Shown here in pieces: positions 1-8,762 of a stretch of DNA of 32,000 nt. How positions within the stretch are numbered: the stretch's first letter is position 1; every line of letters starts with the position of its first letter. A model generated the notes under the pieces. It had not been told where the DNA came from and ran no database searches. It was given only the letters and a program-made list of their open reading frames with translations. The DNA is from Candidatus Heimdallarchaeota archaeon B3_Heim (GTDB lineage: Archaea; Asgardarchaeota; Heimdallarchaeia; Hodarchaeales; Hodarchaeaceae). A program made the translations under genes and the position numbers. The stretch lies in assembly GCA_003144275.1 (NCBI GenBank), contig NJBF01000008.1, forward strand, positions 39,232 through 71,231, in the 5' to 3' direction.

Positions 1-277
1 GAAAGTACTGGGTATTATAATTAGAAAAAATTGTTTTACATTCATATAGATCATATCCTGGGACGTTTAACTAATTTTGGAGGTGAATCTCTATTTCTAG
101 GAGGGAATCTCGTTTTATTGCTATAAATATTTAATTAGGATAAAGAGATTAAATTCTTTATTCAGGTTTACCACAATATATCAAGGCAACAAATAAACCT
201 TAAAAGGTTCTATCTTGACGAAACTCTTTTGGGAAATATCATATTTAATATAGACTATACTACGGAAGCCAAACAAA

Positions 278-1327
278 TTGACAACAATTGACATTTTGAA
301 CTTACTCTCCGAACTTGTGGATATTGCAGGTCCTGTTGGACGAGAAGAGGCAGTTCAACATTTTTTAGCAAGTAAATGGGAAAAATTAAACTTTAAAACT
401 GAAATTGATAAGATAGGAAACCTATACGGACGAATGAACGGGAAGGGCCCTCATTGGGCAATCGTGTCACATTCTGATACAATTGGGTTTATTGTACAAC
501 AGATCTTAGCGAATGGCTTCCTGAAAATGGCGTTCAATACTGCTGCGACCACTCCCGACGCGCGATTTCTTGCAGGATCCACTCTACGTTTTCTCACCAA
601 TAACTCAAAAAACATTCTAGGTTACTTCGGATTAAGAAGTGGTCATCTTGCAGGAATTGAGGGAAAGAAAAAAGCCGTTTTGTTTGATGATATGTTTGTA
701 GACGTGGGAGTAAGTTCAATTAAGGAAGTTACTGATTTAGGAATAGATATTGGTACTCCAGCAGTTTTTTATTCATCTGTGCAACAAATTCAAAACAATA
801 TTGTTGGCCCTTCGATGGATAATCGTGTTGGATCGACCATTCAAACTATTCTTGCTCAAAATTTGAAACAAAACAATATTCAACCAAATTTAACGTTGAT
901 TTCGACCGTTCAAGAGGAAATCGGAATGAAAGGGGCAGCTGCTGCAGCTAATAGGGGAGACTTTGATGGAGTGATAAACTTAGATGTGGGGTTAACTGGA
1001 GATATTCCTCCTTCAAAGAATGATTACCTTTCAACTAAACTTGGTTCTGGACCGATTCTTGTTGTGAAAGACTTTTCAATTCACTATTCCCATTCACTCT
1101 TTACAATGATTGCTAAACTCGCAGCGCAAGAAAATCTTCCATTCCAGAGAGCCGTATTCAAAAACTACAACACTGATGGTATGTATTTCTTCATGAATGG
1201 ACAACCAACAATTACTATTTCCGTACCATGTAGATACACTCACACGAACTTTGAAACAATTAAGGTATCTGATGTTCTACATACGATAAATCTCTTGGAA
1301 GCGGTGCTTTCAGCATCCTTGACCTAG
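278..1327 (+). CDS. M42 family metallopeptidase (glutamyl aminopeptidase/endoglucanase-like)
   Basis: 349 aa ORF, TTG start. Motifs SHSDTIGF, MDNRVG, VQEEIGMKGA, LDVG and CRYTHT match the M42 di-metal ligand pattern. Confidence 0.9.
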   Translation: MTTIDILNLLSELVDIAGPVGREEAVQHFLASKWEKLNFKTEIDKIGNLYGRMNGKGPHWAIVSHSDTIGFIVQQILANGFLKMAFNTAATTPDARFLAGSTLRFLTNNSKNILGYFGLRSGHLAGIEGKKKAVLFDDMFVDVGVSSIKEVTDLGIDIGTPAVFYSSVQQIQNNIVGPSMDNRVGSTIQTILAQNLKQNNIQPNLTLISTVQEEIGMKGAAAAANRGDFDGVINLDVGLTGDIPPSKNDYLSTKLGSGPILVVKDFSIHYSHSLFTMIAKLAAQENLPFQRAVFKNYNTDGMYFFMNGQPTITISVPCRYTHTNFETIKVSDVLHTINLLEAVLSASLT

Positions 1328-1382
1328 AAAATACATTTACAGAAATGATCATGACAATAAATTTACTATAAATTACCTGCGT

Positions 1383-3095
1383 GTGCTCAAAGTGAATCAG
1401 AATAAAATAATTCTTGTAAAATTGGGTGGAAGCTTGATTACCTATAAACAAGACGAGGATCGAATTAAAGAGTATATACTGATTATTGAACGATTTCGAT
1501 GTGGAGCGGCATCATTAGAAGACTTAACGGCATCAATATCCCATCTCCTGAATACAAGTACACTTAAGGAGATTTTTCGCACACTCAACATCTATATCAA
1601 AAGTAATTCTGCCGCTAAAGTTATCGTTATACACGGAGCAGGTTCTATTGGGCATTCTCTTGTTTTACATCTCCTGAAAACAGAAACAGATTTAGAGAAT
1701 GTCTATCCCGTTATCAAACTTGCAGTTTCCATTCAGAACCAGTTAATTACAGGATTAGGCATCCAACTAGGTCTTAATGCGATTTCGCTTTCGTCTCATC
1801 AAATCATGCTCGGGTATCCCACTGATAAAACCTCATCTCCCCGAATGGATGCAGCGGATTTATCAACCCTAGAAACAATAGTCAGCAATACAGATTCTGT
1901 TCCTATATTTTTCGGAGATGTAGGACTTACTCAGGGAACGCATACGGAATTACTAGGTGAATGGAAAGTCTTCTCTGGGGATTTAGTACCAAACGCGCTT
2001 GCACGAAGTTTCTTAAATTTAGAAATTGAAAAAGTGATATTCTTAACGCAAGTCGAGGGAAAAATGACTGGTATTTACTCAAAAGATCCACGTTTGGCTG
2101 ATTCCGAACTGATTACACGAATTGAGGTAGGATCTCGTGCAAATCGATATTTCAATTCCAATAATCACGAAATCCATTTTCAAAAGAATGCGAGTAAGTC
2201 AAAATATGATGTAACGGGAGCGATGGAAGAGAAATTAAGAAATTTGATAGACTTAGCTTATCAAAATATCACTAGCTGGGTTATTGGGTTTGAAGAATTT
2301 GATAAAGCTTTACGAGGAGAAGCAGTAGGAACTAGAGTACTGCCTGACAAAGAACTTGATACTAAAGTCGTTTTTCTAGGACGAGGAGATGCGTTTGGTT
2401 CAGGTGGATTCAAAAGTGCATCGATCTTTGTTGAACTTAAAAATAAAATTCTTTTACTAGATTGTGGGCCTCATACACTTCAGGCGCTAAAAGCATCTGG
2501 GAGAGATACTACTCAAGTTGATTGGATTGTGATCACCCACTTTCACGGAGATCATTTCGGAGGAATTCCTTATTTTTTACTAGAATCTACTTTTCAAGTA
2601 CAAAGAAAGAAACCTTTGACAATATTTGGGCCTCCTGGAATTGAAAAAGCGGTAAATGATCTGTTCACGACATTGTATAAGCGAGAAGCATCTAAAGCGC
2701 GTCCATTCCCTATTGTATACCAAGAAATTACACCTGATCATTCCTTTGAAGATGATGAGATATCAATAAAAGCATTTTCTATGAATCACACACCAGAGGC
2801 ACAAGGGTACAGGTTACATTGTAATTCCACTATTATTGCTTATACAGGCGATACAGGATGGACGGATAATTTGATCCCATTAATTTCTGACGCACAACTA
2901 GCAATTATAGAATGTAATTTCTACCAAAGTCAATTTGAAACTCATTTAAATTGGGAGGAGATCCTCAAAATATATCACCTAGCTGAGAAAACAGCGGTAA
3001 TTCACTTGGGAGCTGAAATGGTTCCAGAAATAAATACCTTGATTGGAGAAAAAGGACTTTTGATTCCACTAGAAGGTCAAACTATAAGAATCTGA
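1383..3095 (+). CDS. Fusion protein: N-terminal amino-acid-kinase fold (isopentenyl phosphate kinase-like) plus C-terminal metallo-beta-lactamase fold (RNase Z-like)
   Basis: Uninterrupted 570 aa ORF, GTG start. Residues ~9-320 carry LVKLGGSLIT, HGAGSIGH, FFGDV, SGDLVPNALA and LTQVEGKMTGIYSKDP. Residues ~327-570 carry FLGRGDAFGSGG, THFHGDHFGG, YTGDTGW and AVIHLG. Confidence 0.88.
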   Translation: MLKVNQNKIILVKLGGSLITYKQDEDRIKEYILIIERFRCGAASLEDLTASISHLLNTSTLKEIFRTLNIYIKSNSAAKVIVIHGAGSIGHSLVLHLLKTETDLENVYPVIKLAVSIQNQLITGLGIQLGLNAISLSSHQIMLGYPTDKTSSPRMDAADLSTLETIVSNTDSVPIFFGDVGLTQGTHTELLGEWKVFSGDLVPNALARSFLNLEIEKVIFLTQVEGKMTGIYSKDPRLADSELITRIEVGSRANRYFNSNNHEIHFQKNASKSKYDVTGAMEEKLRNLIDLAYQNITSWVIGFEEFDKALRGEAVGTRVLPDKELDTKVVFLGRGDAFGSGGFKSASIFVELKNKILLLDCGPHTLQALKASGRDTTQVDWIVITHFHGDHFGGIPYFLLESTFQVQRKKPLTIFGPPGIEKAVNDLFTTLYKREASKARPFPIVYQEITPDHSFEDDEISIKAFSMNHTPEAQGYRLHCNSTIIAYTGDTGWTDNLIPLISDAQLAIIECNFYQSQFETHLNWEEILKIYHLAEKTAVIHLGAEMVPEINTLIGEKGLLIPLEGQTIRI

Positions 3096-3107
3096 AACAT
3101 CTATCAC

Positions 3108-3350
3108 TTATTTTTTGGTTGGTTCGAGTTTCCAAACAATATTTTTTCTTTTTCCGTCACCTGATTGAACTACACTATAAGAAATTTTTCCATCCATTCG
3201 CATTTGGGTTAAAATCATGGGTATCCTATCGGCACAGTCTTGATTAAAGATACTTACACGATCAACAATTTCAGTAGTAGTAGCTTCATGGAGTTCAAGT
3301 AAAACGACCTCTATCCATTTTTCTGTTCCTGAGGTATCTGGGCCGTCCAT
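3108..3350 (-). CDS. Small protein, possible winged-helix fold
   Basis: 80 aa ORF filling the gap between neighbours. Pattern EATTTEIVDRVSIFNQDCADRIPMILTQMRMDGKISYSV looks HTH-like. Confidence 0.55.
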   Translation of the reverse strand: MDGPDTSGTEKWIEVVLLELHEATTTEIVDRVSIFNQDCADRIPMILTQMRMDGKISYSVVQSGDGKRKNIVWKLEPTKK

Positions 3351-3608
3351 TCTACTTAATTCTCCAATTTCTTTTCTTTCAGAGTAATAGATTATACATC
3401 TTATATTTTATCGTGATCCTTCTGTCAATACCTCGAAATGGTATTTAATACAGTTACCTTTTATTTGAAATAATTTATCAGAGGGAAATGAATACTATCC
3501 ATCATACGATTTCATTAAGACTATATAATGAGAAAAAGGGTAAAAAGTACCAAATTACCGCTTTAGCTCCAATCAAGTAAGTGTATCAAACCTAAGTCAA
3601 ATGATGTA

Positions 3609-4187
3609 ATGATTTTTGGAAGGAAACGAATGGTGAAAAACGAAATTAAGCATGTATTAAAGATACTGTTACTTGGGGACGGGGCGGTCGGAAAAACTTC
3701 ACTAATCTTAAGGTTTATTGAAAATAAATTTAAGGATGAGTATTCAGTAAGTTTAGGGGTTGATTTTCTCACTAAAACGATTACCTTTATTGATGAGGAT
3801 GATATTAAACGAATAGTCTCCTTACAAGTTTGGGACATAGCTGGACAGGCAAGGCATGTATCATACTCCCATCTCTACTTAAAAGGAGCCTTGGGAGCAT
3901 TTTATGTATTCGACCTGACGAGAAAAGAGACTCTTGAACAGATTCAGAATCGTTGGCAGCTTCAGGCCCTTAAAGCATCACCTAATCATTTGGGTATCCT
4001 TATAGGAAATAAAGCAGATTTAATCAAGGAAAGAGCAATATCCAAATCGCAGTTAAAAAAAATTGTCGATAGTATGCACGTTATTGAGATATTTGAAACC
4101 TCTGCAAAGACAGGTAGAAATGTCAACAAAGCATTCCAAAAATTAACAACAGAAATTCTCCGGGTCAAACCAAAAAAGTTCCTGTGA
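3609..4187 (+). CDS. Rab/Ras-like small GTPase
   Basis: 192 aa. G1 GDGAVGKTS (nt 3675-3701), switch I SLGVDF, G3 WDIAGQ, G4 GNKADL, G5 ETSAKTG. Met8 (nt 3630) is an alternative start. Confidence 0.95.
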   Translation: MIFGRKRMVKNEIKHVLKILLLGDGAVGKTSLILRFIENKFKDEYSVSLGVDFLTKTITFIDEDDIKRIVSLQVWDIAGQARHVSYSHLYLKGALGAFYVFDLTRKETLEQIQNRWQLQALKASPNHLGILIGNKADLIKERAISKSQLKKIVDSMHVIEIFETSAKTGRNVNKAFQKLTTEILRVKPKKFL

Positions 4188-4196
4188 AGTGAAAAT

Positions 4197-4967
4197 ATGT
4201 CTCCATTAACTGAATTTAAAGCAGTAAAAGCTTTTTTCATCTTTGAGAAAGACCAGGGCACTACTTTATTCACACGATCCTATGAGCGAAGTTCAACTGC
4301 TCCTGATGCTCATCTTGTTGTTGCATTTTTAACCGCGATGTTTTCTTTTGCTAAAACTTCATCCTTGAGTGATCTGAAAGTAGTAGATATGACAGACATT
4401 CGATTTTCCTTCATAGAAAAAAATGGATTAATTTTTGCCGTTTTAGTTTCCCCCCTTGTCTCTCCACTTGATATCCAATTTAAATTATCTACAATTGCGA
4501 GTTTATTCTTTTCAGATTATGGAAATCAGTTAAGCTCGATTGATATTGTCGATACAGAAATGTTTTCTGATTTTAATGACTCTGTTGATGAAATTTTCGG
4601 GGGAGAGACTCGGCAAATGCTTAAATCATCAAAAAATGCCGCCTTGTTTTATTTAAAAAAATTAGTTTCCAAGGAAGAAACAGGAGCACGGGGTGCCATG
4701 ATATTATCATTTACGGGAGATATTCTACTTGAGTACAAAATGGACCAACCCCGAATGGCAGCCGCGATTCGTATTTTGAATGTTGGTACGTATATGACGA
4801 ACCTACGTTATTTGGTTGTAGCATCAGAATCAACTAATCTTGTTGCGTATAAAATAAGTGAAGGCCTACTACTTGCGGTCGATGGCCATCCTTCATTCGG
4901 ACTTGAAGATTTAGTTGTCAATGTGTCCGAAACTGTGAAACAAATTAAAGAAATTATTCCTCATTAA
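4197..4967 (+). CDS. Hypothetical protein with possible longin-like/FUZ-MON1-HPS-type N-terminal fold
   Basis: 256 aa, starts 9 nt after the GTPase stop. N-terminus KAFFIFEKDQGTTLFTRSY..., followed by FSFIEKNGLIFAVLVSP, has a longin/roadblock-like strand pattern. Confidence 0.6.
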   Translation: MSPLTEFKAVKAFFIFEKDQGTTLFTRSYERSSTAPDAHLVVAFLTAMFSFAKTSSLSDLKVVDMTDIRFSFIEKNGLIFAVLVSPLVSPLDIQFKLSTIASLFFSDYGNQLSSIDIVDTEMFSDFNDSVDEIFGGETRQMLKSSKNAALFYLKKLVSKEETGARGAMILSFTGDILLEYKMDQPRMAAAIRILNVGTYMTNLRYLVVASESTNLVAYKISEGLLLAVDGHPSFGLEDLVVNVSETVKQIKEIIPH

Positions 4968-5157
4968 TTATGAATAATTTACCTTTCTTACTTCTTTCAA
5001 GAAAACCATAACAATAGATAATTGGATACCTTGTCTAAGCCGATAAGTATGCGGGAACTAGACAGAAGTTAGTGGATAACTTTTTATTCTTGCCCACCTG
5101 ATAAATGACAATTAACCTACTACATAGTTGTCCAATCTTGCACAAGGAGAGAAATTC

Positions 5158-5895
5158 GTGAAGAAGAGAGTATTGCCTTTAACCACAATCTTCTTATTGT
5201 TTTTGACATATAATGCCATTGTTTTCGCAACAAATAGTGAAGAAACCACTATAATTGTAACAACACAAATTAGTCCAATTGGTCCAATTTTCGATTCAGA
5301 TCTTGACTGGAAGGTAGCTGTTGGGGATAGTATGAGGTATACCTTCACAAAATTATTTGATCTTAACGATTATGATGAAGATGGAAGTCCTTATACGCAA
5401 AAAATTTCGTTTGTAGCAGAAAATGGTTCGGAGATAGAATTATCCATAAGAGAAGGCTCACAACTTCTCTGTGAGATTGTAACTCTCGATGAATATGCAA
5501 CAATTCAGTTGACACTTGATGGTATAAAATCCGAACCTAGTGAGGGGGGTGGTAGTTTTGTTACTAAAACTACTGATAACAGGACATATTGGGAGGAATT
5601 TGCAAAGCAAGCAAATACTGAATTTCAAAATGTAACAGTGGAAGGTAATTTGGTAGTTTATCGGTCTGTTGACAACTGGGATGATAGAACCTATTATTCT
5701 ATGTCTAAAATAAACTGGAGAACTGGTTGGTTCAGTTACATTTACCAGAAAGAGATGAATGGAACACACACCCTAACAGAAATGGAAGTATCTACTGAAG
5801 TTCCTGTACTTACTCCAGGATTCGAAATTTCCCCCTTGCCTGTATCGCTAGTGTTGTTTTCCATCTACATCTGGAGAAAAAGAAGAAAGGAGTAA
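5158..5895 (+). CDS. Secreted/surface protein with N-terminal signal peptide and C-terminal PGF-hydrophobic-basic anchor
   Basis: GTG at 5158 follows a Shine-Dalgarno-like aaggaga and gives (M)KKRVLPLTTIFLLFLTYNAIVFA. C-terminus is TPGFEISPLPVSLVLFSIYIWRKRRKE. The track start at 5128 (TTG) adds ten residues before the signal peptide. Confidence 0.75.
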   Translation: MKKRVLPLTTIFLLFLTYNAIVFATNSEETTIIVTTQISPIGPIFDSDLDWKVAVGDSMRYTFTKLFDLNDYDEDGSPYTQKISFVAENGSEIELSIREGSQLLCEIVTLDEYATIQLTLDGIKSEPSEGGGSFVTKTTDNRTYWEEFAKQANTEFQNVTVEGNLVVYRSVDNWDDRTYYSMSKINWRTGWFSYIYQKEMNGTHTLTEMEVSTEVPVLTPGFEISPLPVSLVLFSIYIWRKRRKE

Positions 5896-6061
5896 CCACC
5901 AAGCACCGATAGTATCGTAGTTTTTTGTTATTCTAATATAATGCGTTCTCTGAAGAACCATTGTTTCAGTTAATATTGGAGATTGAGAGTTTACTCCTCA
6001 TCAGCTATTATGACCTTGATGAGCTTCTTTAGGGACATCTTCAACAAATTATTGAACTCAT

Positions 6062-6826
6062 ATGGTAAGATCAGTCCAGTCGGTCTCCAAGGCAAGAGAC
6101 AAGTGGTGTATGTACATGAGACTGAAAGTCAAAATTCGTTTAGGCTTTTATTTTTTCTTTACTGCAGTGGTTTTTATCTCTGTTTTCTTACCTGAGGTTT
6201 CCCTCTTATTCATTATTGCCCAAAATGTAGAGAATTTTTGGTTGTGGATTGGAATTGCTCTTATTATGCCAGTAACTTACTTTTTATCCATAATCGTTTT
6301 TGGGATACTTCATTCACAGGTAATTTGCAAAGCTTTTCTTCCCCCAATAAAAGCTGGTTCCTATTCGCATGGTTCGGACATTGCATACCTTTATTCTGTT
6401 GCCATTGTTTCACCTAGTATCTTCAAAAGCATGCTAAAAGCCTTTAGTTTTGTACCCCACCTTTATTCATTGCTTATTGGAAAGTTTCTATCACTATATG
6501 GGCTAAAAACTGGAAAAAATGTGTATATTTCATCGGGAACAATTCTTGATTCCCATCTTGTGTCCATAGGTTCAGGGAGTTTAATTGGAATTCGATCAAT
6601 TATATCAGCCCATTTAACGGAAAGTAACAACTTAATTCTATCACCTGTCACTATTGGGAAAAACGTTACTATTGGAGGTAATTCAATAATCACACCTGGA
6701 GCTACAATTGGAGATAATGTTATTATTGGAATTAATTCATTAGTGAAAAAGGATCAGGTTATTCCATCGAATACTATCTATGCTGGAACCCCTGCTGTAT
6801 TTATTCGTGATAATATAACACAATAA
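6062..6826 (+). CDS. Membrane-anchored left-handed beta-helix (hexapeptide repeat) acyltransferase
   Basis: Several hydrophobic helices, then VSIGSGSLIGIRSII and SPVTIGKNVTIGGNSIITPGATIGDNVIIGINSLV...GTPAVFI. Alternative start ATG at 6110. Confidence 0.8.
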   Translation: MVRSVQSVSKARDKWCMYMRLKVKIRLGFYFFFTAVVFISVFLPEVSLLFIIAQNVENFWLWIGIALIMPVTYFLSIIVFGILHSQVICKAFLPPIKAGSYSHGSDIAYLYSVAIVSPSIFKSMLKAFSFVPHLYSLLIGKFLSLYGLKTGKNVYISSGTILDSHLVSIGSGSLIGIRSIISAHLTESNNLILSPVTIGKNVTIGGNSIITPGATIGDNVIIGINSLVKKDQVIPSNTIYAGTPAVFIRDNITQ

Positions 6827-7000
6827 GTAGAACTTTGTCAGTAGAATCAAAAATTATTGGAATTTCCAGAAATTAGTCAGAACTAGTTTGGAATTCGTAA
6901 TCAAAAACCTCAAGAAATGTCATTAATTGTCGTAATACAGTAATTAGAATTAGATATAGGATTTTAAATTACACTTCTTCCGAACTATGAGTGTGTTCAG

Positions 7001-7477
7001 ATGTCAGATGCGTCATTTTTCTTACAACCCCCATTTAGTGAATTTCCTTTCAATACTTTTCCTCAATTAATCGATAAATTAGAATATCTTGGTCGAGATG
7101 AAGAACAAACCCCCTATGAGATCTCCCCTGGAACTGATCTGTGTATCAGTGATACTTATTACTCGTTAGGCTTTTTAACTTATCTTGACTCTTATGGCAG
7201 AGTTCTTTCAGACGGTGGAAAATGGTTCCTTGACCCCAAAGGAAAGCCATTACCTGAAAAACCATACCGTTTTGCTTTAATATCTGATGCTATATTAATT
7301 CTTGAGGAACTATTTGATGGTGCGAAGAGTGCACAAGATCTTCATGAGAAAATATCTAATCTTTCAGAAGAAGAGATCACAAATTATCTGAAAATTTTTG
7401 CCTTGATTACTCAAAAAGGAAAAGTAATACAGGAAGCCAAAGGATGGGACGCATCCTATGTGCTTAAAGATTGGTAG
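7001..7477 (+). CDS. Conserved hypothetical protein
   Basis: 158 aa ORF. The C-terminal half (AILILEELFDGAKSAQDLHEKISNLSEEEITNYLKIFALITQKGKV) looks like a small helical/winged-helix module. Confidence 0.6.
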   Translation: MSDASFFLQPPFSEFPFNTFPQLIDKLEYLGRDEEQTPYEISPGTDLCISDTYYSLGFLTYLDSYGRVLSDGGKWFLDPKGKPLPEKPYRFALISDAILILEELFDGAKSAQDLHEKISNLSEEEITNYLKIFALITQKGKVIQEAKGWDASYVLKDW

Positions 7478-7559
7478 CTCTTAATTTCCACTAATTCCTG
7501 ACCAGCAATACTTACAAGAAAATCAGTTTCTTTGTAGTTGCGTAATCTTATTCTTTCTA

Positions 7560-8666
7560 ATGAGAAGTAAACCTGATCAGAATAACAATTTAGGTGTTAG
7601 TATGGTTAATTTTGATTTAAATTCGTTAAAACAGACCCAACGTGAATTATCCGAAATTATTGGCGTTTCAGGACATGAAGCACCTGTTGTTGATTATATA
7701 AAAGCCCAAATTGAAGGATTAGTCGATAAAATGTGGGTTGACCCCTTGGGTTCATTACTGGTGGTAAAAAAAGGAGCGAATCCAACGGAGAAAATTTTGC
7801 TTGATGCACACATGGATGAAATTGGATTTATGATAAGCTATATTGAACCTAAAGGATTCTTACGTTTTGTCCCAATTGGCGGATGGGATAGTCGTATATT
7901 ACTTGGCCAAGCCGTTAAAATTCTTGGAAAGGACAATAGAACATATGATGGCATAACTGGATCTAAACCTCCTCATTTAACTACACAGGAAGAACGTAAA
8001 ATTGCTGTAAACATCTCGGATATGTACATCGACACAGGAATGTCAGCAGAGCAAATTGATAAAGCAGAAATTCATATTGGATCAGTAGGAACCCTATATG
8101 ATCCGTTTGTCGAATTTCCAAACGATATGATTAGAGGAAAAGCTTTCGATGATAGAACAGGAGTAAATGTCCTAATTCAAATAATTAAAGAATTTTCAGA
8201 AATAAAACACGAGGATACACTTCTATTTAGTTTTACTATGGGAGAAGAAGTAGGAGGTAGAGGTGCAGGTCCTGCTGCTTTCTCTTTGGATCCAACATTA
8301 GCGATAGCAATCGAAAACACAACTGCTGCAGATGTACCAGGAATTCGTGATTCAGAATGTCCAGCATATATTGGAAAAGGGCCAGCAATCTCAGTTGCAG
8401 ATCGATCAATGATCGCACATCCCAAAGTCAATAATCGATTAATTTTGAATGCAGAACATGAGAAAATTCCTTTTCATATGAAAAAACCGATCTTTGGGGG
8501 TACAAATGCTGGTATCATTCATAAATCACGGGCAGGTATTCCATCCTCGGTTGTTTCCGTACCTTGTCGTTATATTCACTCACCCACATCCTTATTATCA
8601 TTAAATGACATTTACCATACAGTTCAATTAATCTCAGCATTTATTCGTAATCCTACGTCTTCTTGA
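7560..8666 (+). CDS. M42 family metallopeptidase (second copy)
   Basis: 368 aa with DAHMDEIGFM, AFDDRTGVN, TMGEEVGGRGA, IENTTAADVPG and CRYIHS. Confidence 0.94.
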   Translation: MRSKPDQNNNLGVSMVNFDLNSLKQTQRELSEIIGVSGHEAPVVDYIKAQIEGLVDKMWVDPLGSLLVVKKGANPTEKILLDAHMDEIGFMISYIEPKGFLRFVPIGGWDSRILLGQAVKILGKDNRTYDGITGSKPPHLTTQEERKIAVNISDMYIDTGMSAEQIDKAEIHIGSVGTLYDPFVEFPNDMIRGKAFDDRTGVNVLIQIIKEFSEIKHEDTLLFSFTMGEEVGGRGAGPAAFSLDPTLAIAIENTTAADVPGIRDSECPAYIGKGPAISVADRSMIAHPKVNNRLILNAEHEKIPFHMKKPIFGGTNAGIIHKSRAGIPSSVVSVPCRYIHSPTSLLSLNDIYHTVQLISAFIRNPTSS

Positions 8667-8762
8667 TTGCTGGAAATATTGGAAGTTTTGTTCAAGTAAG
8701 AATTTAATCAGATGCAAAGAATCATAAATAGGTGAGGTTAGAGATTTGGCAATGAATGGAGA

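Noticed and set aside
3563-4273. Antisense ORFs 3563-3838 and 3986-4273.
   Set aside because: They lie opposite the GTPase gene with its intact G motifs. They are typical shadow ORFs.
5112-6195. ORFs 5112-5348, 5458-5769 and 5983-6195.
   Set aside because: Overlap the signal-peptide protein or the acyltransferase N-terminus, with no family signal.
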